Shown: positions 44,635-57,965 of the stretch, piece after piece
Layout: each line of letters opens with the position of its first letter
Position numbering within the stretch: position 1 is the first letter of the stretch
Assembly: GCA_012295275.1 (NCBI GenBank)
Contig: CM022673.1
Span: 15,314,001-15,378,000, forward strand
Origin: Chrysomallon squamiferum
Taxonomy: Eukaryota; Animalia; Mollusca
Direction of reading: 5' to 3'
DNA: 64,000 bases
The notes under the pieces: generated by a model
Databases searched by the model: none
Told to the model about the DNA's origin: nothing
The model's input: only the letters and a program-made list of their open reading frames with translations
Position numbers and translations under genes: made by a program

Positions 44635-45374
44635 CTGACTGATTTATTACTTTCAATCATTTAGCATTCATTTATCTTTTGTTTATATTTATTTATTTAT
44701 TCCCGGAAGAAAGAATAAATCAGTTGGTAAAAAAATAAAATAAAATAATATAAAATAAATAAATAAATAAAGATTCAACTGAGTACAATCGGATCAATAA
44801 TACCATTATAATTTTCAAAACGAATTTGTGGAGGTAAATGTATTTGAATTTTTAGCTTTATTGTAATCTGTGGTTATGTAATAATTGATTAATTAATTTT
44901 TGAAAATCAAATAAAGATTCTCTAATTTTGTTTAAATAATAAAAAGGAAAATAAAAGAATATAATAAAATGTTCTAAAATTATTTTCAGTATATGCTTAG
45001 TTTGCAGACATAAGTTTTCTTTGTTAGGTCTGAATTGTTACGATCTTAAGGATGACTTAACCGCGGTATATACTGGAACTAAAGCAGATACTATAAATGG
45101 AATAGAATGTCAACGATGGGACTCGCAATATCCTCATAAGCATACGTTTACAGGAGATGATCTGTTTCCAGAAAAATCAATATCTGACGCCGCAAACTTC
45201 TGTAGAGACCCTACACATTCTGGTTTTCCTTGGTGCTTTACTAACAAGCCCAGCATTAGATGGGATAGGTGTGGTATTTCTCCATGTCAAGGTTAGTCTC
45301 TTTCTCTCTTATTTATTGTTCCGAATATAAAACCCGAATATATAACACACACATACACACGTACACACACATAC

Positions 45375-45405
<31 letters not shown>

Positions 45406-48400
45406 GTCTCTGTCTCTCTCTCTCTCTCCCTCTCTCTCTCTCTCTCACTATCTGTCTGTCTGTCTATCTGTCTATCTCTCTCACTATCTGTCTGTCTGTC
45501 TATCTATCTGTCTATCTATCTATCTATCTATCTATATATATATATATATCCTCGATCGAGGCTATTACCGAGTAGTGACTTACCTTTATTATCACTACAA
45601 TAAACTCTGCCACCATTTGGATAATTCACATGCTTAATCACTGACATAAGTAAGAAAGATCCTACATTACGACTTCTATTTTTATCTTTCTTTATTCTCA
45701 GTTTTGTATTATTTACACAATATATCAGGCATTGTTTCACGAGTGTATAACGGTTGGTAAAGTAGGATGTGGTAGGTTAGTAAAATAGGATTTCTTTCAG
45801 ATCACATTATATATATGTTTTCTTGAAACGGTCATTACAAACGACACTGTTCGCATCACATTTGTATTTGTCGAGCGAACAGGGTTTAGATTATGTAATC
45901 ACTGCTGTACTTTAAATTTCTTCTCTTTCATCCCTGGCTGAAAATATTTGCTATATTGTCACTTTTATTAATCATAAAAGGATTCCGCAAAGAGTTCTTG
46001 ATATTTCGAGAAAAGAATGTTCAGCATTATGGTACAGTTTTATCAAAAGATATAATTTTGAAGTATCGGCATTATATTTAAACCATCATTTCGTTGTTCC
46101 ATCGTAACACTTTAAAAAAAAAAAAAAAAAAACTACTTTTATTTACATTGTGATTTTAAACAGTATTTGTTATATTTCTTATTCTTTTCCAGGAGTTGAA
46201 TGCTATTATGCCATGAAGAATCACGCTCTTTATACAGGGAAGAAGAATGTAAATAAAGAAAGTGTTTGCCAGAGATGGGATTCACAGTCACCTCACAAAC
46301 ACAATTTCACAAATCCTGGTTTATTTAATGCAAAACGTTTGTCTGATATTGCAAACTACTGTCGTGACCCTGATGGTACAGGTGTTCCTTGGTGTTATTC
46401 TGATCATCCGAAAAAGGGACGCTTACCTTGTTTGATTGCACGCTGTAAAGGTTTATCTACCTATTTATCTATCTATCAATATACATATATCTATAAATAT
46501 AAATATATGGTTTTGATGGATCTGTGTGTATATATGTGTGTGTTGTGTGTGTGTGTGTGGTGTGTGTGTGTTGTGTGTGTGTCTGTCTGTGTGTATAGTG
46601 CTACCCCGAGATATGATTGCTCCAACTTATGAATTTTCCGAGTTATGAGCAGCCGCCCGGTCCATGTTTTGCTTTGAGTTGCGATCTGAAATCCGAGTTA
46701 CGAGCGAGCTGCAGAAATGCCGCCACTAGTTGGCGGAATGAACCATTCATCTGCTCAGCGTCCATCGTCTCAGTCTAAGCTGCGGACCTCGGCCCCTGAA
46801 AAAAATGGAGAAACCCTAACACTGTACACTTTACAAAAGCAACTTATTTCCTTACATTCTCTTTTATTTTGTTTTTTATACAATATTTTTCATTTATACA
46901 TACATTTTTCTTATTTAAAAACACGTCAGTCACAAAAATTCGGGAGATTTTTGCGGGGGCTGGAACGGATTAACAGTATTTAAATTAATTTCACTTGGGA
47001 AAACTTGATTTGAGGGAGGAGCAATTTGAGTTACGAGCTCGGTCACGGAACGAATTAAACTCGTAAGTCAACGTACGACTGAGTGTGTATATATATATAT
47101 ATATATATATTCTTTTTTCAGACTGTTTCCTTATTAAGAATCGCCATGCTTTGTATTATGGAACTAAACATGTTTCTAGCAGCGGACTTATGTGTCAGAC
47201 GTGGGACAATATGGCAGGTCTAAATTATTCATTTTCTGATGACTCGTTTCCAGACCATTCTCGGTCCCGCGCTGAAAACTTCTGTCGTGATCCTGACGGG
47301 ACAGGTGAGCCATGGTGCTATACGGGAAGCGTAATTCCTTCACGGGAGACATGTGGCATAATGCCTTGTCCAGGTTATTTATTAGTATTTTATTTATTTA
47401 TTTATTTATTTATTTATTGTAACATATACGCTATCACAGCTTAGAATGTCGATTTACAGTTATTAACTTACTATATGACATTATGATAGCAAAATATTTT
47501 TTATAGGATATTTCTGTTTTTGCTTGCATTATGTTGACGGTAATTCAGAAAGAAAAAGAAAAGAAAAAGGAAAAAGAAAGATAATAATATACATTAATTA
47601 TATAAATAATTGTGTATACTTCATCTTCTTCACATTTGTAATATTAGTAATAACCCGTAGTTAAATACAATATTAAATCTATGTTGACAATAAATGAATA
47701 AATGAATGAATGAATATAGTAATAAATAAGTAAATAAATAAATAATATTATGATAGAGAATTTATTAACGTAAAGGAAAAATCAAACGTTATGAAGATAG
47801 CAAACGCAATGTTATCAAATGATGTTCTGTTGTTTATTTAAAAAATCTTCACAATTTAAAACATTAAATGAGAAACACTTATTTTTCAGAAACAGACTGT
47901 TACACAAAGATGAATAATACGATTTTGTACCAAGGTTCTACGTCTGTTACAGCCATGGGGTATCAATGCCAACGGTGGGACAAGGATTTGCCTAATATGA
48001 ATTATTATATTGTAGAAATTAATTATCCTGAAGGATCGATATCGAAATCATCCAACTACTGCCGTGATCCAGGTAACGAAGGTTTTCTGTGGTGTTACAC
48101 CACTGATCCTAAAAAAAGATGGGATAAATGTGCCATTCCTGCTTGTAAAGGTTTGTGAATGTTTCGATCGGATGGCGGCGTATTTTTGCTTTATTTGTGC
48201 TTTAGAAGACAGCAGTGTGATCGATATTCTTTTACTACAGTACATGGTCCACTGCTGATAACGTTTTATTTTCTGATAATAATATTGTTTTCTTTCTTTC
48301 TTTTCTACATTTCCGAAAAAAAAAAAAAAAATTATGAAATAAATAAAAATAAATAAATAAAAAACAACAATTGAAGAAACCAAAAGAAGTCCAACAGACT

Positions 48401-48719
48401 AAATTGCTTCCTCTAAATTCCCAAACTATTTGTTATATTATATAATATTGCCAATATTGTAAGGAGAATAATATCCATTCAGATGTTAAGCCAGTTATGC
48501 CCATACAAATAACAAATTATAAAGGAAAATTGTTTTCAAAGGCATAATAAATCATTAATATCCACATCACTAATATCGACTCACTGATATAATTTTTTTT
48601 ATTAATAAAGAAAACGGAAGAAAAGAAACTTAATATGAGAAATAAACAAAAGTAAATAAAAGTTACACAATCTTATGCAATATGTTAACTAAACAGTTTA
48701 TTATTTAGATGTATAGAAA

Positions 48720-48769
<50 letters not shown>

Positions 48770-48776
48770 ATACTAA

Positions 48777-48808
<32 letters not shown>

Positions 48809-48893
48809 ATAATAATAATAATAAGAAGAAGAAGAAGAATAATTTAAAAAGAACACATCCAAAAACACTCAAAAAAAGTCTAATATGAATTTA

Positions 48894-48969
<76 letters not shown>

Positions 48970-49347
48970 CTGTGAATCTAAACCTTTTTCAACTTACGAT
49001 AGCTTTGAAATACATTTTCATTCTCAGATCTCGATTGCTACTTTAAAGTTGAAAATCGGATTGTGTACGCTGGAACCATAAGTACGACGAAAGATGGAGA
49101 CACATGTCAGAACTGGGCCTCACGTTATCCTCACAATCATGTGTATGTTTTATCTGCAAGTTTAAATACTGACCGGAAAGGAGTGTTTAAAAACTACTGT
49201 CGCGATCCATCTAACGATGGTTACCTGTGGTGCTACACCACCAATCGCAAAGTACGTTGGGAAAAATGTAATGTTCCTGCTTGTCCAGGTTTGTTTATTA
49301 TTTTAGCATTTCATTTGTTTAGTTATTTTCGTGACGGGTTGTTATAA
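44470..49347 (+). CDS. Gene D: secreted five-kringle protein, ~477 aa if K5 is read through (3' end uncertain)
   Basis: Exons 44470-44548, 45028-45291, 46193-46450, 47122-47373, 47890-48150 and 49028-49347 (or to a donor at 49288). Phase-1 GT-AG introns, open frame, 5 x 6 Cys. Confidence 0.85.
45028..45291 (+). CDS. Gene D kringle 1 exon
   Basis: LNCYDLKDD...[13 protein letters not shown]...[33 protein letters not shown]; 264 nt. Confidence 0.9.
46193..46450 (+). CDS. Gene D kringle 2 exon
   Basis: VECYYAMKNH...[13 protein letters not shown]...[17 protein letters not shown]...PCLIARCK; 258 nt. Confidence 0.9.
46596..47081 (+). mobile_element. Tigger/pogo-derived non-autonomous element in the gene D K2-K3 intron
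   Basis: Degenerate TIRs tagtgctaccccgagatatga ... tcgtaagtcaacgtacgactg; homologous to 39216-39860; inserted in a (GT)/(TA) tract and absent from the 262-nt intron of gene C. Confidence 0.75.
47122..47373 (+). CDS. Gene D kringle 3 exon
   Basis: DCFLIKNRH...MCQTWD...[18 protein letters not shown]...ETCGIMPCP; 252 nt. Confidence 0.9.
47890..48150 (+). CDS. Gene D kringle 4 exon
   Basis: ETDCYTK...QCQRWDKD...[33 protein letters not shown]; 261 nt. Confidence 0.9.
49028..49347 (+). CDS. Gene D kringle 5 exon
   Basis: LDCYFKVENRIVYAG...TCQNW...[33 protein letters not shown], then G|GTTTGT or read-through GLFIILAFHLFSYFRDGLL*. Confidence 0.8.
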
Positions 49348-49416
49348 ATTCTGTGTATGAAATTAATTTATTATTCGTACCTTTGCCTTTGTATGATAAT
49401 AATGATGACGACGACG

Positions 49417-49470
<54 letters not shown>

Positions 49471-51009
49471 TTTGTTTATGAATATGAAACGATACATATT
49501 TCAGAAAACTGATAATTTGAAAACTTATTTCCTTTGGGGTAGATTTTTTTTTATCTTTTTTTTTTTTTTTTTTGTTAATCCTTGTTATTAAAACATTATC
49601 GGAAATGATTGGAAAATATTCATTTGTACAAGATTGTTACGTTTAATGCACAATAGAACAATATCGGCCTATCAGTATCTCACTCGCTGTCTGTCATTTC
49701 ATCTGTCTGTCTATCCAGATGTATCCGTCAGTACTTTTGTCTACACCAATATTTATTTATTATGTTTTTTTCTTGTTTTTACTTTTTTATTTTATTTTAA
49801 TTTTTTTATTTTTTTTTTTTTTTTCAATAATTATCGTTTAAGAAGAGGAAAACTAGAAATTATAGTGGAAATGATGGAAGGATTAAAGAAAACATTTAAG
49901 TATACCGAAGTTTTGTAAAAATAAATGTGAATTACTACCGAATAAATAATATTTACACTTAAATATCTTATACAAAATTGGTAGTTTAATAAGAGCTAAT
50001 AGCTGAACCATTTAGAATGCCTGTATTGTTGTTACTGATTTTTCACCAAGAAATACGTAACAGATCAAAATGTTTATATTTATTGCACGTAGAAAACGCA
50101 TTTATCGCTGTTTGAAAACTGTCGTAAGTAGGTCAAAATGAGTTAAGCGGAGTTCCGTTTTGCCTTATTTGCAGTAGCTGCCTTTCTCTTTGGTTATTAA
50201 TATATATATACAAATAATACAACGAGAACAACAACGGCAATAACAATACTACTACTACTGCTCCTGATACTACTACTACTACTGCTACTGATGCCACTAC
50301 TACTACTACTGCTCCTGATACTACTACTACTACTGCTACTGATGCTACTACTACTACTACTACTACTAGTAATAATAATAATAATAACAATAACAATAAT
50401 AATTTCCCTTTGATGCCCAGTTATAATTTAATACGATTGAATAGTGAGTAAAATATATAATAACAATTATGTAAACGAAGAGAATAATCATACACTTATT
50501 TCAAAATAAATGTTAACAGAAAGGAATATGAAAAAAATAACAATATTGTTAAATTAATTTTGACATGTTTTCTATCATTTCATTAGTAAATAAAAGCATA
50601 TTCTTTACAGCATATGTGCGAATATTTCTTAAAATCTAAAAGATGTTTTTCTCTTAATTTAGCTATGTTAACGTACATGGTATCTAACACCTATAATATG
50701 CATATGTGATTTGACTCTATTGTCATTTACAAATATATATATATATATATATACATAAAGCAAAAAAAAACAACAACAACGACAAAAAAAAGCCAGCAAC
50801 AACAAAACAAACATAAAAAAATTAAAAATTAAGAATATGCATGAACATAAAGATCCAACCACTATTCATGAATAATATTTATTTGTTTTTAACAGTTTGT
50901 AGGTGTCAAAATAAATAATAAAATAAAATAATAGAAAGAATTATTCAGTTAATTAAATAATATACAATTTCAGAAAATGCAAATATCAATGCATAGAATC
51001 TGTCAGTTG

Positions 51010-51237
<228 letters not shown>

Positions 51238-53313
51238 AAAGTCAGTATAATCTATTATCTTTGAAAAAAAGTGCTTGTTGATTTAAATCAACATCAGAAT
51301 ATAGATTTTAAAGAAATTAATACGTTACTTGATTACCCAAGATTACAAATCGTTTACACTTGTTTTACAGTGAAAAAATTAGTGGTGAGAAAGTTCACTT
51401 TAGAAAAAAAAAGTAATGAATGTGCAGTTATTCAGCGTATGTTTATTAAGAACTGAACGCAATAGCAGCTTTTATCTTTGAAGACATCTAATATTGTTAA
51501 ATAACAGCGAAATGCTTTCGTTTCTTGGATTTCTTTGATTTGCTTTCTTGCTTCTTCCTTTTTTTATAGTTTTATTTTTAACTATTAAACTCTTTCATTT
51601 TTTTTTTTGTTTATTTTTTCAAAAAATTATTATACTTAATTTCATTTATCTGTTAAACATATATGTATGCATTTTGCTATCTGCACATGCGCATGTTATG
51701 ACTGCGGAGGGAGAAAAACAAACATTTAACAGCCCCATTTCTATCACTGATTATAGAAAAAAAATTCAGTCATGATCCTGAAATATATTGTGTGCTACAC
51801 TACAAGTAAATGTAGTGGAAAGAGCAGGTGTTCTTTTAAAACTTGTTAATTATATACGCTGTTGTGTTTAAGTTATACTGAAATACAGCTTCCACAGCAA
51901 ACAGTCAGTGGTTTCGAATAAATGCGCTGTTTTGAAACAGAACACAATTCTGATATTGATTATACTGACAGACACCACCACAATAACATCAAATGTATTG
52001 AAGAAACTACATTTTAATAATATAGTAAATTTTAAATGTAATATAAATGTTCTACTTTTGACATATTTCTAATACTTATTATGAATTATCTGAAATGTTT
52101 ATTTTAATATCCTTAAATGTTCAGAACAGAAATTGTACGTTGGCGCATCACACTTCAGTTTAGTCTATATATAATATAGGCAACAGAAAAATCCATGTGC
52201 AATTATCAACTAAAAAATCTTCTTTACTTTTAGCATGGTTCTTTATGAAACGTCTCTGTGATAGAAATCGTTCTGCGTACATATAGCAATCCTCACACAT
52301 ACACATAACAACTGATATTAATATAATAAATAAATAAATAAGTAAATAAATAAATAAATAAATAAGAAGCAAAAAATAATAACATGATAGAATAAAATAT
52401 AAGAATAAATAATATAATGCAATTCAGACCTGCAGAATTAAATGCTTGAATTATTTTTGTATGAATGAAATTTATTTCTTCGAAAAGTCTATATTAAAAT
52501 GTTACACATGCATTCATAGCTATGGATTTAGGACATCATTATATTGGAATTGGACCAGTTCATTTATAGCTTTATTTACCTTTGTGCAGAAGAATGCAGT
52601 TAAAGACTACTGTTTCAATAAACATCTCACATTCTCATACATATATATATATAATTTATTATTTGCTTTTAAATGAAAAGACTTTACATTTCATGTAAAT
52701 ATTCCATGGATATATCATTATATTAATTCTATTTCAGTATTCAGGATAATGTTTTGAATACAACTGATGAACCAGTAATCATTTTAGGAAGAAGTAAAAA
52801 TGTCAAGTAAACTCTGGACAAAACATTTTTCGAAAGAAGAAGGCTTTTTTTGTTGGTTTTTTTAAACTTATTATGCTTTTACTTTTGCTTTTCGTTTTTG
52901 AGAAGCATATCCATACGCATATACATGTACAAATGCATTTATAAACAATCGGATATCTTTTGTAAATTATAAAAAAAAGCAGACAAACAACAACAAAAAA
53001 TATATGAACGAACAAGCAAATAAAATCATGAACAAACAAGCAAAAAAAAAAAAAAGCACCAAAAAACCTACACATATGGGTAATATAATAATGATGTATA
53101 TTTTTGGACCGACACGTATACTGAATTAATTTTATTACTCTTGATAGAGTTTATATTTACAAAAAATGTCATTTTGAAGGATTGTTTTCTGTATGGGATG
53201 TGCTAGTAGATATCAACTGATAATTGTTAGTAATCTGTGCGGTTTTTTTAGCTCTTTCCGTTTTTTGTATTCGTTTATTCTTCCAAAAATGTTCGTGTAA
53301 CACACTTTTTTTT

Positions 53314-53350
<37 letters not shown>

Positions 53351-53460
53351 TTCTCCCGAAACCACTATGTATCCCGCGCTTTTAGATTATTTATTTATGT
53401 ATTTTTTTGTGTTTTACTCAAAGTTTATTTTACAATGATTCTACGCCGAAATGTATTTTC

Positions 53461-53512
<52 letters not shown>

Positions 53513-53630
53513 GTCATGGTTCATATAACTTTATAATGAAATAAATTTTATAAATAGGAAAATTTTAACACAAACATGATAGTGTATGGCAAAGACATAT
53601 AAACTTCATACATTTATTTAACTTACTTTC

Positions 53631-54190
53631 CTGAAATCTTTGTGTGAATTTTATTTTTGTATTAAGATGGATACACAGTGTTTCTGGCTCAAATACTAGT
53701 GAGAAAGGTTAGTTATAACTAACTCTCTAACTAATCAAATAAATACATAAATAGATAAATAAACAAATAAGCAATCAAACAAGCAAACAAACAAATAAAC
53801 AATTTTTTTTTAATAATATTACGGATAGATAATTTATAAATGTAATGGAAACATCAAATGTGATTGAGATAGCAAACATAAGGTCATCAAATTATTACTT
53901 TTGTTTTTAATTAAAGATCGAAATCAGCATAAATAAAATATTAAATGAGAAATAATTATTTTTAAGAAACAGACTGTTGTACCAAGTTCTACGTCTACTA
54001 CAGCCTTGGGGTATGAATGTCAACGGTGGGACTGGGATGTTCCACAAGTGAATGATTACAGAAAAAAAACGGTACCTATCCAGAAGATTCGATATCAAAA
54101 TGATTGAACTACTGCCGTAACCCATCTAATAAAGGTTTTATCTGGTGTTATACAGATCCTAAAAAAAAAAAAAAAAAAAAAAAAAAATGA
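53631..54190 (+). pseudogene. P3: skeleton paralog (signal exon + broken K4)
   Basis: Signal-exon remnant CVNFIFVLRWIHSVSGSNTSEK G|GTTAG without an ATG (ends 53707). K4 remnant 53967-~54160 has deletions. K1-K3 and K5 are missing, and the shared 3' flank follows. Confidence 0.8.
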
Positions 54191-55346
54191 TAGGGCTGCA
54201 TTTGTTATTTTATTTATTCTTTAGAAGACAGGAGTGTGATCGATATTCCTTTATTGCAATAAATTCTCAAACTACATGCTATCGTTACACTTGGTATGAT
54301 AATAATAATGATGATGATGATGATAATAAATTTAACTCGATAGTGCTCAGAAATTCTGTTTTTTTTGGTTTTAAACTTTTTTATATGAATTTGAAACGAT
54401 ACACGTTTCAGAAAATGAATTGATAATTCTTAAACTATTTTTATACTATTATAATTTACTTTGGCGTAAACTGTATTTTACTTATTCTTGTTATACAAAA
54501 CCTGTCGAAAATGATTAGAAAATGTTTGTTGTACAATATTTTTTAGATATGATGCATATAGTAATACAATATCTAACGATAGTATCTCGCTCTCTGTCAC
54601 TCCATCTGACTGTCTATCCAGATGTATCCGTTAATATTTTTGTCTGTTATAATGTTTATTATGTGGTTTTTTATTTATCTTTTTTTCAGTTATTATTGTT
54701 AAAGAACAGGAAAACTAGAAATTTTACTAGAAACGATGGAAGGATCAGCGAAAATATTTAAGTTAACTTTATAAAATTTACTCTAAAAATAAATGTGAAT
54801 TCCTACCAAATAAATAACATTTATACTTCTGAAAATCTAACCAAAAATATAATTTAATGAAAGCTAATTGCTGAACCATTTAGAACGCCTTTATTGTTGT
54901 CATTCACTTTTTCTCTAGCCAATATACAACATACGTCTGTTTTGAAATCACGGTTACCAGGAAGCGATAGTAGATCGCGTGTTGTGAGGAAAGGGGAGAA
55001 GATAACTTTATTTTTTATAGTTTCGTAATGTTTGGCTCAATTAGAATTTGGCAATGGAGAACTAATGACAACGATAATATCAATTACACTAGCTCAAAAT
55101 GCATTTTGGGCAGTGCTACCATGTCTGACTGATTTCCCGTAATATGTTTGAAAATAACTACAGAAACAAATACAGATTTTAGTTATGACATATGTGATAA
55201 TATAATCTTGTGTGAATGAAGTTGTATAATATACAGACTTGATGATCCTAGACGAAGTCGGCTGATGAGGTTTATCGGATAATTAGTAGGTAAATTTAGA
55301 TACATTTTTAATAGAGGTTGTTGGTTGTAAACCTTTTATAAATAGC

Positions 55347-55424
<78 letters not shown>

Positions 55425-56651
55425 ATAAAAATGATGCAGGGGCTTTATAAAGATGCTTTACGGTGAAATGAGAAGAAAATAAATCAGCCACTATCACAAA
55501 CAGCAACAACAAAACGGTAGAATACAAACAACAAAAAAAAAAACACCCAAGAAAAACGAAGAAAAAAGAGAAACAAACAACAACAAAAAAGGAAACAAAC
55601 AAAGAAACAAAACGAAAACAACGAGGAAACTATGTGGAAGCAAGAAGCAATATAACGCTGAGACATGTATAAAGAATAATCAATGGATCGAAGTTAGTCA
55701 TAAAAGAATACGCATTGGTTACCATGTACAATCCTTCCAGGATGAGCAGTTCTGATTGCTAACTGGCTGACGCTAACGAGGCTGGTTTGGTAACCGCAGC
55801 TGTTGAAAAATAAACTACGCCTCCGCAGTCCCTGTATTTTTTTTTTTTTTTTTCACTCACGAAAGTTGCGGATATCAATCTGATCTCAATTATCTATTAT
55901 TATTTATTACATATCGACCACTTTATAACGAAATAGCACTCTGCACAGCCATATGAAACTGCTGACCGTATTAAGCGGACTTGTGCCTGATTTGATTTTC
56001 TTTTTATTATAAATATTTTTTCTTTTTTATAAAGCGTTTTACTAAACCTACCAAACAGTGTAAAATATTAATAATAAATAAATAAAAACAACAACAACAA
56101 CAACAAAACTAATATAACAACAACAATGGCATTAATAATAATAATTCCCTTTCGATGCTCCGATATGATTTAGTCCGTATTTGAATAGTGAGTAAAAACT
56201 ACAAAAACGATTAAGAAAACTAAGTCGGTAAACATAGTCTTATTTCAAAATAAATATTAACAGATAGACAAATACCAAAAATACTGTAAAATTTGTTTTG
56301 TCATGTTTTCTTTGTTTTCTTTAATAAATAAAATACTCTATGGGTGCATACTTCTTAAATTCTAAAATATTTTGTCGCTTAATTTTACTCTTCGAACGTA
56401 CGAGGTATCAAACACTGTAATATGCATGATCTATTTCACTGTGTAATTAACAACAAACATGAACATAAAAATCCAGCCACACTGCATGACTAATCTCTTT
56501 TATTTTTCAGTGACGCAACTCATTCTACTGTTAACAGTTTGTAGGTGTTAAATAAATACTAAAATCAAACAATAGAAATAATGATTCATTTAAATAAATA
56601 AAACACAATCTGAGAAAATGTAGATACTAATGCATAGAATCTGTCATTTGT

Positions 56652-56757
<106 letters not shown>

Positions 56758-56759
56758 AC

Positions 56760-56969
56760 TTTAACATCGAGTAATTCCAGAAGTGTCCCATCTTCTATCT
56801 GGATTTGTGTGTGACATCATGGCTCACTGGGCTAGTCAGGGTCACGACAGGTTTTTTTTTATGTATCAGACACTCTGAGTACATCCCACGGTATGTCTCT
56901 CATTGCACGTGCCTATTATTCGGCATGCAAATACCTGATATTTCACTGGAGTATTTCAGAAGTGCTGAC
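56760..56969 (-). pseudogene. Antisense degenerate K1-like kringle exon
   Basis: ttgaag|GTCAGCAC (compare K1 GTCAACAT) ...CCGTGGGAT...TGTCGTGACCCTGAC...CCAGATAGAAGATGGGACACT...CGATGT then (TC)n. Confidence 0.55.
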
Positions 56970-57224
56970 CTTCAAGAAACCAAAATATAAAAACTATAAA
57001 ATACAATTTGGTACTGTCACGCTTATCATGAAATAGCTGTCACAGATCATTTCGGATGCCAGACATTTTTACATAACCAGAGTGGGTATATACAAACACA
57101 CTGAACAATCGCTTTATACGAATCAATTCTCTGCAAAACCAGTTTCAAGCTTAAAAATTGATACTTTAAAACAATTGAGAATGTTTATCAGCACATGTTT
57201 GTGCACACATTAATTTATCAGCAC

Positions 57225-57845
57225 ATTTATTTTTATTTCAAGGTGGATATATAGCGGTTATAGTTTAAACACCGGTGAGAAACTTCAGTTATAACTAACT
57301 AAGCTACTAACTATTTATGAAGTTGAAAAATATACTGACATGCACCTCTGAAATTAGATTATATAATATTAATAGTAATTCGATTGATTATTTGGATTAT
57401 CTGAAAAGAAAAACGTCAAGTTCAACTACAGACTACAATGGTCAGAGAAAGGTAGCGTAAATGCGGACATTGTACTTTTGAAAAACTTGATACACTTTTT
57501 TTGTTCTTCTTTTCCTTTTATTTGTTGCTGTTGTTGTTTCAGAGATTATAAGCAATCAGAGGATTATGCAAAATGTTCATAGTTTTTTATTTATTTTCTA
57601 GATACCTTAGAGACACATGTGGCTAGTGCAAACGACATTGTTCGTATCAAATTTGTAAATGTCAGTAGTGTCTAGTGCATAAATTAAATAACCATTCCGG
57701 TACTTTAAATTTCTTCTCTTAACTGTCTATGTTGTCATTCGCATTTTGTATCATCGTATTTTTATTGGAATATATTTGCAGCCATAAACAAATACGATGC
57801 AATTAAAGGCTATTTAGTTAAGCCGCCATTTCGGTGTTCCCTTTT

Positions 57846-57920
<75 letters not shown>

Positions 57921-57930
57921 TATGTGTATA

Positions 57931-57965
<35 letters not shown>

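Noticed and set aside
50221-50400. Thr-rich TTTTAPDTTTTTATDA repeat as a mucin-like stalk exon for gene D
   Set aside because: There is an in-frame TAA at 50215, no credible acceptor after it, and no equivalent in other units; it is best read as a compound (ACT)n microsatellite.
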